Assembly: GCF_000315625.1 (NCBI RefSeq) | Contig: NW_005434635.1 | Coordinates: 441,071 to 505,070, forward strand | DNA length: 64,000 nt | Reading direction: 5' to 3' | Source: Guillardia theta CCMP2712 | Lineage: Eukaryota; Protista; Cryptophyta | Shown here: in pieces, positions 15,045-29,200 of the stretch | Position numbering within the stretch: the first letter of the stretch is position 1 | How the letters are laid out: every line of letters starts with the position of its first letter | Position numbers and translations under genes: made by a program | The notes under the pieces: model-generated | Databases searched by the model: none | Told to the model about the DNA's origin: nothing | Seen by the model: only the letters and a program-made list of their open reading frames with translations

Positions 15045-17318
15045 AGACAATAACTATCCATGAAAGCAGCAGTATCATGAGGAAGAAGAGACATGCCGGC
15101 AACTCTCGCGAGGTCGCTCTTCTTCCTCCTGATCAGCTTGATGACGCTGCTCTCAAGCTCATCCCAGCGCGACACATTGAGCTCTGCCTGCTGGTCAGCT
15201 CCTCTCCTCCTCTCGCTCAAGGCGCATGCTCCACCTGCCAGCGTCTGGATCTCCACGTCATGCTGCAACGCCTCTAGAGTCTTTCCCTGCGAGAAGACTT
15301 GCAGCGCTTTCTGCAGGCGCAGCTTCGGAGAGCCTTGAGCCCTCCATCCCCTGCTGACCCGCGAGCTCTTCCTCCTCGTGCTTCTTGCCCTCTCCTCCTT
15401 GCCCTTGTCCTCCTTTCCTCTCTCCTCCTCCCCCTTGCGCGAAGGCTCTTCCGCGGGCATGAAACGATCGAAGGACTCGGCGATGTTTTCTCCTTCTCTC
15501 TCCGAGACTCCGACGGTCGAGAGGTTCACCTCGGGCGCAATCAAGTAGATGCTCGCCTTGCTCACGCTCTGAACCACTCGTCCCTTAGACCATCTCTCCT
15601 GCTCTCTTGGTAAATAGGAAGGTGAGGAGAACAAGAAGGGAGGAGAACAAGAAGGGAGGAGAGAGAAGAGAGGAGACGACGAATACATATCGTTGACGGG
15701 AAGGAGGGGTGGAAGGGGAGGAAGAGAAGGGGAGGAGGAGAAGGGGAGGAGGAGAAGGGGAGGAGGAGAAGGGGAGGAGGAGAGGGGAAGGAAGCAACGA
15801 GGAATTTCTCTCAGCGACACATTGATATTCGTCCTCACCAGGTGCTGGGACAGCACGAACACTCGCTGCAACGGGATGTCAAGCTCGTCTGAAAGTCTCT
15901 TGAGCGTCTGCCATTGCCAAGTCACTTGACGTCTCGCCCTGCCAGCAGACCTTCAAGGGATCCGCCTTGCGCACTACCAGCGCCAAGTCCAACGAGCAGT
16001 CGGCCTGTGCGCAGCCCTCAGGGATGCCGGATGCAGCGGAGGAGAGGAGGGGAGGAGGGGAGGAGGGGAGGAGAGGAGGAGGGGAGGAGGAGGAGAAGGA
16101 TTGGAGGTCGAGGGGAGGAGGTGGAAAGGATCAGTTGAATGGGTGAGCAGGTGGAGAGGACGTGGTAGAGGGGACGAGGAGAAGTAGAAGAGGTGGAGGG
16201 AAAGGGGTAGAGGAATGGAGGCGGATGAGAGACGGAGGAGAGGAGAGGGTGGAGGGGAGGCGGAGGGGAGGAGGACCGGGAGTTCTCTTAAAATCTCATC
16301 TCTTGGCTGCAGAAGGAGCAAGGTGTCGTACTTCCGCGGTGACGGAGCGTTTGCTGCTGTCGCGGCTCCGACCCGCACGTGCAGGTTGAGCCATGAGTTG
16401 ACGAGGACGCTCGCAGACCCGTGGACATTCAAGCTCTCGAACACCTGGGAAGTGCTGAGGAGAGCAGGAGGAGGGAGGGAGGGAGGGAGGGAGGGAGGGA
16501 GGGAGGGAGGGAGGGAGGGAGGGAGGGAGGGAGGGAGGGAGGGAGGGAAGGAGGGAGGGAGGGAGGGAGGGAGGGAGGGAGGGAGACAGGATCAGAAAGA
16601 GGATCAGTACCTCGACGACTTCGGCCACCAGCGAGCTTTTCTGTCGCTCAATCTCGACATGGCTGGGGTTGTTCCCCACTAAGTCAGTGCTGCTGCCCTC
16701 GAGCTTCGGCTCGTTCTCTTTCGACGCTCGTTCCTGCGACGAGATGTTCCCCTGCACGAGGTCTTGGATGCGTTGAACCTCCATGCTCAGATACCCGCTG
16801 CGAAGCTGCTCATGCACCCAAACCAGCCCCGCCGATCGAGCCACCTCTTTCCAATGGTTCAGCGACTTGCAGCCATGATGCACCACCAGCACGAACGTGA
16901 ACGTCGTCAGCCTCTCGTGTCTCTGCGAGAGCTGCTTAGAGCCTCGCAGGATCTGGTGACTCTCCTGGCTTATGCTCCCCTCGCTGTACGCCCGCTGGTC
17001 CAGGGAGATCGGGTGCCCAACAAACACAAGAGCATCGAACGTGACCTCGATGTCTTGCCCGCAGAGCGCTGGCTTAGGAGCCATCAGCTTGGCTATCCCG
17101 TTCGCAGGAACACCGAGGACACTTTGAGGAAGCAGCTGGACTGCCGATCGCCTGCTCACGAGCTCCCGTCCTGCTTCCTCCACCTTATCCAACGCTGGCG
17201 CCTCCGAACCGCCTGCCATAGTGACCGACATGACTATACGATGACCGCTATCACCTTTGACGACGATAGCGCCTGCTAGGAGATGGTGGCTGGTGCTGTG
17301 CAAGAAGCAACCTCCCAT
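13131..17318 (-). CDS. NPRL3: GATOR1 complex subunit NPRL3/Npr3 homolog
   Basis: N-terminal longin-like AIVVKGDSGHRIVM, KLMAPKPALCGQDIEVTFDALVFVGHP, HEQLRSGYLSMEV, YDTLLLL, LSDELDIPLQRVFVLSQHLV-WSKGRVV and C-terminal RMLPFLDGRHTLQYMCEE, recognised from memory of the family. The start Met is uncertain. Confidence 0.8.
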
Positions 17319-17750
17319 CCCTCCTCCTTCTCCTCCTCCTCCTCCTCCTCCTCCTCCTCCCACGCCTCCTTCCTCTTTCATCCTTGTGGCCTTCCCCGAG
17401 GGTCTCAAGTGGATGTTCCTTTCACAGAACATTTCAGGTAAATCGATTGTTCTTTGACAGAACATTTACTTGTTCTTCGTACGGAACTTTTTAATCGGTC
17501 GCCTGCCTACAGGCCCTACGAGCCGAAGCGACACGGGAGAGCCGCCATGGTCAGGGAAGATGAGAGGAGGAGGAGGAGGGGAAGAGAAGCGGGCTAGAGG
17601 AGGAAGAGGGAGAGGGAGAGAGCACAGAGAACAGAGAAGAGAGAACAGAGAAGAGAGCAGGAAGTAGCTGAGTCAAGTCTGAAACTGTAGACCTGAAGTG
17701 CAAACCTGCAAGTCTCCCTTGTGTTGCATTCTTTGCGCTAAGATTGCACG

Positions 17751-20700
17751 ATGCAACTGCGAGACATCTCAGTTCGAATATCGTTGGGTATTTTTCTCGC
17801 CAGCCTTCATTTGTGCTCTTGTCAAACTTCGCCATGGTTTAACGCTTCAGAAACTGTCGCATACCTTGCAAGAGATTGGAAGGGCTCGGGGTATGCAGAC
17901 GGCAGTACAACAGGAGCAAGCTATCTATACTCACCTTTGTCCAGTGGCTCCTGCCTTCCTCAACCTGGCTGGCCTTCGCCTTGCCCGGTAGATCAGATCG
18001 ACTTGATCTTACTCGACCCAGCGCAATATGTGGGGACGGAACAAGTGAAGATGAACTTGACTTTGAGGTTCCACGGAGACGTGTTTCAGAGCTCACCGGG
18101 GGCAGACAACTACTACGGTATGCCAGATGGTTGTGCGTATGAGCGAAACCATACTGTCCATGCAGACTTTAACGTTTCAGATGGAACTGTAATCATGACT
18201 ATTCAGAAAACAACAAGTGACTATATCGCTTGCGCTCTCAACTTCGGGACCTCTTACTCACAGCATAAATCGTGGAACGATAACTCAAAGGCAGAGACCA
18301 TCCCCTATCAGAGATGTTCGAGCAACGCTGCCTGCTATCCCAGCTTGGATGGAACTCAATTCAAAGGAAAGTTCCGATTAGGCAAGAGCACAGCCATTGA
18401 TCCCCGGGGTTCGGAGTACAGACTCGACCTGGTCCTTGGGTTTCCTTATGACAATGCAGGCTCAAATTCTTTCAGCTTCAGCAGCAATTGGATTCTCGCC
18501 TACTCTCCCACTAAGAATGTCATGACCTCTTTCCCGTCCTCCTTCGCCACTGTCGCCGCCTCGCAGACATTCTTGTACACGTTGACTTGGAGGGATCGGT
18601 TTGAAGGTCCGAACAATGAGTGGTTCAAGAACTACATGGCTACCATCAACTCAGTCAACCCGCCCTTCGGCCCTCAGGATGGAGGAACGCACATCACGGT
18701 GTACGGGAGCTACTTCCCTCCGACGGATGTCACACACACCAGGAATGGCTCCATCGTACTGATCAACGGAACGAGTGAGCCTCAGGAGTGCTGTGACAGT
18801 CGGTACATCAGTCAGAACATGTTCGTCTGCCGCCTGCCCCGAGTCGCTTGCCTTAATAACAACCCGCCAAACTTCGCTTGCGCGCAACCGGGCGTTTCGT
18901 TTGAAAACAAGACCGTCGCTCTGGGAATCAGGCCGTTTGCAAAAGGCTACAACGGAACCATTCCGGCTTCGAAACTCGATGAGTTTGTGGAACACGAAGG
19001 CACATGGGAGCTGATTGACGAGGACATCTACGGGGGGAAGTACATCGATCCAGCCAAACGAAACCCCAACCAGACCCAGATCCTCCAGGCCTCCAGCTCG
19101 CAGGCTTTGACGACTTGCTGTCCTGTTTGCATCTCCCCAGGAGACCCCAAGTGCAGGTTCACCATCACGCAACTGAGCCCTGGGGTTTACAACGTCAGCA
19201 TTCCTGCCATCATGTCGCCAGGCAAGCCGGGACCGTGCGACCCCGCCACCAACATGATCAACAACTCCTTCATCGCCGGGATCGATCGCTCCCTCGACAA
19301 CTTCTCGGCCAGCGTTCCCTTGTCCATCACCTCCTGCTCAAGTCTGAGCGGTACATGTAGCAAATATCCAAGGATAAGTATCCGGACGTCTTGCAAGAGA
19401 CTCTACTGGTCTTTGGGCTCCATCTCGTCCTACACCCCTTCTGGTCAGACAGTAGCGATATACAACTGGGTGAGCAAGCAGACGTGCGAACGGAGGATGA
19501 GATGTGTTGCTGGACCCTGCATGCTTACCTTCCTCGCTCCTCAGAGCAGTTCTGTGACGGAGTTTCAATGGAGGACCTCTTCGCCTCAAGTTGGAATCTA
19601 CACGCAGTATCCTTCTTCTTCGTTTGACGTAAATGGATTCCTCATGAACCTTGCTATGCTCATCAACGCAGAAGATTGGCGGCGCCTTCAGCTTGTTGTA
19701 AGTTACTCACTGAAGCCAGCGAGTGCACTCACGCTTCTGACAGACATTGGTCTCCTCCTCGAGCCTTCAGAGTCAAAGTATTGGGACCTTGTTTGCTGTC
19801 CGCTCGTACGAGAAGAGCAGCCCCATCACGTGTGTGCCGACCATGGCTGGCGGGTCTTGCTATGACTTCAACATGATCATCTACATCGTGAGCGAAGGGC
19901 CCGGGGGAGCCTCAGCCTCGGTCTCCTTGAAGAACCTGACCACGAGGAGCAAAGCGGCCACAGGCGACCCGTCGCTGAGAATGCTCAACATCATGGAGAT
20001 CTACATCGACCAGGGGTTGAGCAGCAAGTCGACGCTGCCGTCCGGGCACATCATTGTAAGTGTTGGTGTCTTGCTGCTTCGGTTGCCATGACTCTAGACC
20101 CACCAGGAATTCATCAAGGTTCAGTATCCTGGCGTGCTTCAATTCCAAAACCTCCAGATTCAGTATTCTGCTGAAGTGATTGCGATTCATGGTGATCCAA
20201 GCGCAGGGTGAAAAAGCAAGTTTGGGGCTATGCAGCGTTGGGAGTGACCAGGACGGGCGGAAGCGATCTGACAGCAACCGGTGCAGCAGCGTCTTGCGCC
20301 AACCTCAAGCTGACCTGATTCCCCTCAGTGAATTACGAGACGATACAGTACAACACAACATCATCTGCAAGGGTGACGGAGACAGAGAAACAAACTGTCG
20401 ACTGACACTCGTGATGAAGGGGCTTGGAGAAGATTTCGCTTCCAAACAAGGGCAACTTCGATGGAACAACGGAGACTCGGCGACCAAGTTTGATCGTCTT
20501 GCGAGTCGATCTCCACATGACTGCCATGCAGACAGATCATCATTCCTATCCATCAGAATGGACTTATGCAGCAGTCGCTGACATTTGAGGTCTGTCAATG
20601 TTTCCTCTTGACATCTCTCAGTTGAAATCTCCAGGTCCGCATTTTCACCGCCGTGAACTCAAGTCTGCTTGTGGACCCTCAGGTCTTTCTCACGGAGGTA

Positions 20701-21034
20701 AAGGCTCAGCGTTGACTGTGCCCAGAACGCCACTGTGACGATCGTTGGAATCAACGACGTGCCGGAGCCCCAGTACCTGGGAAACATGATGAGCATCGTC
20801 GGAGCTGTGAGATCAGCGCTGTGACATGTGACTTGCTGATTCTTGTGTGCAAAGGTTTGCGGAGCAATCACTTCTCTCACGTGCATGCTCTTCATAGCAC
20901 GAATCATCCGCAGCTTCAGAAAAGGTTTCTTGTATCTGCTCGGGGATGCGCTGACCAAGTGTTCAGAACAAGAGGAAGACGTGTACGAGGATGAATTTGA
21001 CGAGAACAAGCTTTCAAAACCTTTGGTTAACTAG
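17751..21034 (+). CDS. Type-I single-pass cell-surface protein with an IPT/TIG domain, Cys-rich segments and a membrane-proximal Ig/cadherin-like strand
   Basis: Signal peptide; ATINSVNPPFGPQDGGTHITVYGSYF (IPT signature); many Cys and N-glycosylation sequons; ATVTIVGINDVPEP; TM SIVGAVCGAITSLTCMLFIARII followed by an acidic tail EEDVYEDEFDENKLSKPLVN*. Confidence 0.75.
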
Positions 21035-21134
21035 TGACCTCTGATGATACTTTAATTTATCCATCTCTTCTCACTCTACAATACAATGTATTTTCAAAAA
21101 TATAACCATGGTAATCAAAAAAGGCAAGAAACAA

Positions 21135-22564
21135 ACGAACTCCAAAACCAATCCAGCAAAAACAACTCAAGCTTTACCAGGAGCGATACAACATTCTCCC
21201 TCATGTCTATACCTCTGACTCGCACCTGCCCGACAACTCAGTCTCTCCTTCCATCCCTCGAGCTCGTACCTGACTCCCCTCCTCCCTCCCTCTACTCTCC
21301 GCTCGTCACCTTGGCCCACGTGTCTCCGTTCCTGCCGACATGCTCAGCCATCTACCGCTCCAGCCCCCGTCGGCTGCCGTCGAGATCCGCTCAACGCGTC
21401 TCACCAGATGTCCCGTATCGTCTTCTGACTCACTCCGTACTGCTTGGCGAGCTCGATCGACAGCCTCGTGCTCGTTCCTCGCTTCTGCGGGGGTCCTGCA
21501 TCAGCTCCGCACAGAGCACGCGAGACGAGCTACCGCGTGGGCCTTGTCCGGTCTTTGGAGGAAGATGTGCTTGGCCTGCACAACCGGCTCTCACGCCTGC
21601 GCTCCCCCCCAGCACAGCTCTGACAGACCTCGACCTCCGTCAGGGCGATCTTCCAAGGCTTCCTTCGCTTGGACTGCTCTGCTTGCTGTCCCAGCCTGGG
21701 GCTGCTGACTCGCAGCGCTTGGTCGAGCTGGTGACGCCTCATGGCTTCCGCGGCCTCTTCGCCGGATCGGACTGTGCTACGCTGCTCCTCGCGCTGCCCG
21801 TCGATCGCCGAGGTAGCGACGAGGCCTCGATGGAGATCGGCTGGCAGGCTGCGGGTCGACCACGAGCCGGCAGTGTCCGGGTGCAGGCTGAGCAAGAGCG
21901 GACAGGCTGGCGGCGCTTGTGAAGGCTCCGCCAAGAGCTGCGCCCGGCGATGCGCGTGCGGGCATGCAGGAGCTGCCAGGGCTGCTGAGCACGGGGTCAC
22001 TCATGCCTAAAGCCATGTCACCAGATCAAGCATGTCGCTCACCCTGCTCAGCATGGCCGCTTCCTCCGAGAGGCACCGAGCCGCCGCCGGGATGCTTGTT
22101 GTCCTGCGCGATGCTCACGAGCCAGACGGCGCATGGCTGCTGCACGGCGTGACTCAAGGCAGGAATGAGCATCAGCGGGGTAGGACGAAGCGGGATAGGA
22201 ACCAGCGGCATGCGAGGCTGTGGGTCCGGGGCGGTCTGTTGCATGCTATGCGCCATGGGCGCTGGGGCCGGGAGAGACACACGAGGCAGGCAATCAAGAC
22301 CTCACGAGGACGCAGCCAAGGCGAGCACGAGCGAGCGAGACCGAGAGAGATCAAGAGAGACTCGAAGAATAGACCGAGACGACTACAGCCACGCAAGACC
22401 ACCGCACGGTGACGACCAAGATGCGATCACCAAAGGTCTTGAGCGCAGAGCCTGGGCGGAGAGAGAGGAGAGGCTGCGGGCACGAGCAAGTCAGGGAGGG
22501 AGGGGAGGGGGTAGAAGGAGCCAACAACAAGAGGGGCATTCACGAAGGGTGTTGCAGGAAGTAG
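21135..22564 (+). repeat. Interspersed ~1.4-kb element, copy 1
   Basis: The ORF track gives identical peptides at offsets +2826 (copy 2) and ~+17724 (copy 3). No transposase/RT motifs and no clear TIR or TSD are visible. Confidence 0.9.
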
Positions 22565-23637
22565 TAGTTGAATACTCTGGGTTGTTTTACAGGTACACGA
22601 GCAGACAGGAAGATGAGATAGGATGGGATATGATAAGAAAACTTGGGAGCAAGGTGAAGAAAGGGAGGAATGTTTCGAGAGCTTCTGCTGCAACGAGAGT
22701 TTGGGAAGCAACTGCTGAGAGGATGAGGGAAGAGTTCGTAGTGATGGTTGGAAACAAGACAAGGACCGTGAGGGGGGTCAATGGAGCAGGGACGAGCTGC
22801 GGCGCAGGGAGCAAGGGGCAGAGAAGGAGCAGAGGAGCGAACGGGGGCGAGAGAGGATAAGCGACGTTGTAAACATAATTAATGGAGGTAGTCGCTTATA
22901 GAATTCCTGGAGGGGTGGTACTAAGTGTGGGAAAGCTGCGGGTCATGAGTCATGTTGATGGGGTGGTCAAATCCTACCAAGAGCGTGCCTACTGAGAGTC
23001 CCAAGGGGGTGGGGTACTCTCAAAAGTAAAACTGAAGGTTGATCGAGGAGGAATCGAGGGGGTAGGGGTACAAGTGCAGTACAAGTGCTCTTCCTAAGAG
23101 GGGTGGGGTTGCAAACTGTGTCCCTGGAATGCCACGAGAAGAAGAGGAATGAAGATCAAAGAGACAGTCTTGCTTTGTTGAGACATCACATACTGACAGT
23201 CTCACTTGTTGTCAGTTTTAAATTCCTGAAAGCAATGTGATTTGTTGGTTGTATTGTATGAATTTATGATCCTCCCAACAACATACATACTGAATGGAAC
23301 GAAAACATGTTTGCAATCAAGCAATCCCCCACAACAATTTTTCAGTTCCCCAGGAGCTTCAGTAACAGTTGTAAGCGCAGAATTGGACTAAAAGATTTAA
23401 GCGACCGATGGAAAGATTTTCATAATCGTGAACTCTCTTAACACGCATCGCCTTGATTTTGTGCAACAGGGGCAACCAAATCGAAAAGATTTCAACTCTT
23501 CACATAAAAGCAGACAAGAATCGTGATGAAACTTGAGGTTCTGCCCTATGTGAGCTTGATTTCTATGGGAATACCTGACGATTTCTCTCAGCTCAAAATT
23601 CAAGTCTCATGTCTCAGTCAAATTGCTACTGAGACTG

Positions 23638-25430
23638 CAACGCTGTGCTTGCCATGCTCTGCTCACATGATGATCTAATCTTTCATCGATACGCACACCG
23701 ATCGAGCAGTCCTCCATGCCCTCTTGCAACCTGATGTACGACAGTCTACTGCTGCCGGCTAGGACATAAACCTATTCCCCAACAGATGCCGCGCACTGTG
23801 TGCGGTATAAGTCTTTGGTCTGGTGTACCAAACAACCTTTGAGGAGGGCTAGGGATCTTGATACTGTATATTCGAGCCAACAAGGACAACATGCGACTGT
23901 AGAGTAGAATATTGCAGAGCAAATAAAACAACGAACCAAAAAAAACAATCAACAGAAAACGATGATCCAACAACCAATCCAGCAAAAACAACTCAAGCTT
24001 TACCATGAGCGATACAACATTCTCCCTCATGTCTATACCTCTGACTCGCACCTGCCCGACAACTCAGTCTCTCCTTCCATCCCTCGAGCTCGTACCTGAC
24101 TCCCCTCCTCCCTCCCTCTACTCTCCGCTCGTCACCTTGGCCCACGTGTCTCCGTTCCTGCCGACATGCTCAGCCATCTACCGCTCCAGCCCCCGTCGGC
24201 TGCCGTCGAGATCCGCTCAACGCGTCTCACCAGATGTCCCGTATCGTCTTCTGACTCACTCCGTACTGCTTGGCGAGCTCGATCGACAGCCTCGTGCTCG
24301 TTCCTCGCTTCTGCGGGGGTCCTGCATCAGCTCCGCACAGAGCACGCGAGACGAGCTACCGCGTGGGCCTTGTCCGGTCTTTGGAGGAAGATGTGCTTGG
24401 CCTGCACAACCGGCTCTCACGCCTGCGCTCCCCCCCAGCACAGCTCTGACAGACCTCGACCTCCGTCAGGGCGATCTTCCAAGGCTTCCTTCGCTTGGAC
24501 TGCTCTGCTTGCTGTCCCAGCCTGGGGCTGCTGACTCGCAGCGCTTGGTCGAGCTGGTGACGCCTCATGGCTTCCGCGGCCTCTTCGCCGGATCGGACTG
24601 TGCTACGCTGCTCCTCGCGCTGCCCGTCGATCGCCGAGGTAGCGACGAGGCCTCGATGGAGATCGGCTGGCAGGCTGCGGGTCGACCACGAGCCGGCAGT
24701 GTCCGGGTGCAGGCTGAGCAAGAGCGGACAGGCTGGCGGCGCTTGTGAAGGCTCCGCCAAGAGCTGCGCCCGGCGATGCGCGTGCGGGCATGCAGGAGCT
24801 GCCAGGGCTGCTGAGCACGGGGTCACTCATGCCTAAAGCCATGTCACCAGATCAAGCATGTCGCTCACCCTGCTCAGCATGGCCGCTTCCTCCGAGAGGC
24901 ACCGAGCCGCCGCCGGGATGCTTGTTGTCCTGCGCGATGCTCACGAGCCAGACGGCGCATGGCTGCTGCACGGCGTGACTCAAGGCAGGAATGAGCATCA
25001 GCGGGGTAGGACGAAGCGGGATAGGAACCAGCGGCATGCGAGGCTGTGGGTCCGGGGCGGTCTGTTGCATGCTATGCGCCATGGGCGCTGGGGCCGGGAG
25101 AGACACACGAGGCAGGCAATCAAGACCTCACGAGGACGCAGCCAAGGCGAGCACGAGCGAGCGAGACCGAGAGAGATCAAGAGAGACTCGAAGAATAGAC
25201 CGAGACGACTACAGCCACGCAAGACCACCGCACGGTGACGACCAAGATGCGATCACCAAAGGTCTTGAGCGCAGAGCCTGGGCGGAGAGAGAGGAGATGC
25301 TGCGGGCACGAGCAAGTCAGGGAGGGAGGGGAGGGGGTAGAAGGAGCCAACAACAAGGGGGGCATTCACGAAGGGTGTTGCAGGAAGGAGTCGTATGGAC
25401 ATGGACTCACGAGCGGGAGGGAGGGAAGAC
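23638..25430 (+). repeat. Interspersed element, copy 2, with a ~330-bp 5' extension shared with copy 3
   Basis: The core is near-identical to 21135-22564. 23638-23970 matches 38546-38875. Confidence 0.9.
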
Positions 25431-26215
25431 GAGAAAGCAGTGATGTCACAAACAGATGAGAATCTACCTGCAACTGCCAATGGATATGCAATAAACAATA
25501 CTCAGATAGGAGGAATATTCGCCAGGTAGATCAGTACAAGGATGCTCACACAATCAGTGCAGGAACAAGCGGGGGTCAGGAAAAGAGGGTGGGGATATTT
25601 AATAGAAGGAGAGAGGGAGAGTCGAACAAGGGCAAGAAGTTTGAGGCTGGTTGTGAATCGGGAGACAGCAAGGCGGGGGGGGGGGGGAGGGGGTGACTCG
25701 CCTGGAGGAGCGGAGGGCAATCAACTATAAATTAGGGAGCAGGTGCAGATGTTAATTTAAAAGTGAAGTTTGAGGTAGGTAGGGGTGGTCAAATCCTACC
25801 TTGATTCCAACAAAATTGAGATCCAAGGAGGGTCCCAGGGGTCCTTGGACTGAGTGGGGCCTACCTTCCCTGTAGTAAGAACCCTCGTGATAAATAACTG
25901 ACGCTCACAACATGTCTGTTTGTCTGCGCAAGGAGGGTCAGGCCTCTTGGCCCGCTCGGACAGCACCCTGCTATGACGCCGACTGACTCATACACCCAGG
26001 CAGTGCCGGTTATCACAGCTAGCATAAGCGTTGCGATATGATTTTATGGACTAGCCCTCTAACCCTTTTTTTTCTTTTTTTTTTCTGGGATGTTTACAAC
26101 ACAACACGGCCAGTAGTAACGAAGAATCAGATTTGACCCACGCGATCACCGATCAAGACTCCCGGGGTCTGACAAAAAGCCCGCCAAAAGCAAAGTTTGT
26201 GGGAAGGCAGACAGA

Positions 26216-29200
26216 AATGTCGCCAAGACGCTTCTTGGCTCCTCAAGCTCATCAGCTCCTTCCTCTCAATCACTCCCCATCCTTCCAAGTATCAGCCCTC
26301 TCACACAATCCTCTCTCTCTCCTTCCGCCTCCCAGGAAGGTCGTGGACGTCCCTCCCGCACTCCAAGGGATTTTCAAGCACGTCTTCGACTTCGACGCTT
26401 TCAACGACATGCAGGTACACATGCTGCAGCGATGAATGGTCAAGGCCTCCCTCAATCTTTCCATGTAGAGCCAAATGCTCGATAGAGTCCTTCTTTCAGA
26501 TCATAGCATCGCCTTGGGTGCTCCGACTGGATCCGGCAAGACTGCTGTCTTCGAGATGTGTGTCTTCCTTTAGTGTGTGGAGAGGCTTCTGATCTTGATT
26601 TCTTGTGGTGGAACCTGTTGGGAAATATCAGGGCCATCTGCAAACTGTTTGCCGAGCGAAGAGGCAGCAGGAAATATCCGGAGAAGGCCATCTTCCTTGC
26701 ACCGGCCAAGTTCTTGGTTTCTCAAAAATACGAATCTTGGAAACCCAAGTTTCAATCTTCAATGCAAGTAAACGTTGTCATGTTGACAGGAGACACAGAA
26801 ATATCCGTCAGCGATCTCATGGCAGGTGAAGAACGCTGAGAACCTTTGAGCACTGCAACTGACTGAACGCGTTGGTATCCGGGGCAAAGCTGACCTTGTT
26901 GTATCGACGCCTGAGAAATGGGAAAGCACGACGAGGAGATGGAAGCAGATTGAGCCTCTGATTAGTGCCATAAGATTGCTAATGGTGCGCTTCACTTCAT
27001 GCAGAGATCAGCTTAAGAACTGTTCTGACATAGATTGACGAGATACATCTTGTGTCCGACGAGTCAAGAGGCGCTTGCTTAGAAGCATGTATCTGTCGGT
27101 AACAAAATGTGATGCAATGGTTCAGGCTGCTGAAAGTCAGGCAAGCATGAAATCTATCAGGAAATGGCAGGAAGAAACAAATTTCAACCATCAAACAAGC
27201 CACCCTCTACGAATAATTGGAGCCTCTGCAAGCGTTCCCAATTTGGATGACATTGGTTCTTGGATTGGTGCTCCCTCATCGCATGTTTGCCTGTTCGGAG
27301 AAGAATATCGTCCGACTCCCTTAGAGTATAAGGGTATGAGTTTTTGAATTCTGACGTGCAGAGGTCGATGACAGCGCACTCAGTACTCGGATACCCAAGT
27401 ACTGGGAAAAGTGAGTTCGTGTTCGACAAGAATCTGAACTTCAAGATTCCAGGAAATCTCCTCTAAATCCCACAAACCTTGTTAAAATGATACTTGTGTG
27501 CAGATCTCATAAAATTGCATTCGCAAGGAAGGCCAGTACTGGTGTTTTGTTCAACACGGAGTTCAGCAAGTCAAGCAGCGCTGTACATGAGCAAACAGAA
27601 TCTTAGGCCGGACCCCTATCAACAGGAGCAGCTGAGACTGCGGTCGAGAGACATAGGTCGTGTGAAAGACAGGACTTTGCGTGAAGTACTTACACATGGG
27701 TATTCCTCGCATTAATTCAAAGTCGACCACTGTGCAACAATAGCTGTTTCAGGTTCGGATTCCATAATGGATCGCTTGAGAGTGAAGATCGGAAAATTGT
27801 AGAAGGCCTATTTCAATCCAGACTTCTAATATGGTATCAAAATATTTGAGTCGCAAAAGAGATTTGGAGTGAGAGCTTTTTCAGTCTCTTTACAACTACA
27901 ACGCTTGCAGTTGGAGCAAATCTTCCAGCATACTTAGTAATCATCAAATCCACTCTAACGTACGACAGCAACACGAAGGCCTGGAAGGTTGTTTTCTGAT
28001 GTACTCAATAACTTGAACTTAAGTTTGAATGTTTTCCATGACAGGAATATGATGCTACCTCTATACAGCAAATGGCAGGAAGGGCTGGTGCACACCTACG
28101 CAAATTCCAAGTTGCCTGTCCTTAAGAAAACGATTGAATTGGCAGGGCGACCAGGCTACGACGTGGAAGGAAAAGTAATAGGTGTCTTCCATCGTTTTCC
28201 GTAATACCGATCTTACCCATTTTCAGTTCTAACGCAACAACATACTGCTGGAATGTATGAAGATTCGATTTGTTCAAAGGTTTGAGAAAAACTTGTACGT
28301 TTGCCGTGGTAATCGACTTGTATGAGGAAGACGCCTCTCGAAAGCCAACTTCATCTTGCCTTGATCGAGCATCTGAACAGTGAAATCGTTCTAGAGACCA
28401 TCAAAGACATAGATACCATGCTCGCATGGGCTTCGGAGTAAGTTGCACATAATCTGAATTCTTCCTGAGAATATACAACGTGCAGGACATTCTTATGGGT
28501 TCGAGCGAAGAAAAGACCAAAATTCTATTTTCCAGCTCTTATGTCTTCCAAGTGCGAGATTTCAGATTCTAGAATAGAACAGCACATCAAGCACTTGATG
28601 ATGCAAGAATACAACAAATTGAGAAACGCTGAGCCTCCATTTGTGGTGCCTTTAGACAGAGACGCACTTACATTTTCAAGCACGGTAATTCTGATATGAA
28701 TGTTGAGAAACACTAATGTGATATCAAGCCATTGGGAGCTATCATGGCTAAGTACTGTATTGCATACGAAACTATCTTGAGCTTTCGTACCGTTCCTGAG
28801 ACAGCTCAAACAAGTGAACTAATCGAAGTGATCTCCTATGCTCAAGTAGGCGCATCGAATCGGGGCAGGATGATGTCTGACATCCAGCAGGAATTTTCTC
28901 CTTTCCATTGTAGAAATGAACAAAAAAAGATACTTGAGAATGCCAACAAGGACAGCAAGCTTGTACGGTCATCACTAATCAACATTATGTTTGTTGACAG
29001 AAACATCTAAATCACTTCCAGATTCAAGATTTGCAAGAAATCCAATACTGGAGGTTGGACTACACCGAGAAAAGTCAACTGCTTGCTACAAATCGCCATC
29101 AGCACCGGAACAATCGAAAACTTCACGTTGCGACAGGAAATGCAGGGAATATGTGACACTGGATGTCGAGTCTGCGAGGCATTGATAGGTTCGTGGTCGA

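Noticed and set aside
21086-22860. ORFs of 120-280 aa inside the repeated element as real genes (including an LRR-like STALTDLDLR snippet)
   Set aside because: Overlapping ORFs in all frames of GC-rich DNA, differing starts, and frameshifts between copies. A single LRR-like word is not enough.
21135-25430. LTR retrotransposon with copies 1 and 2 as LTRs
   Set aside because: No TG..CA ends, PBS/PPT or gag/pol sequence is visible, and the interval is only ~1.4 kb and partly shared with copy 3.
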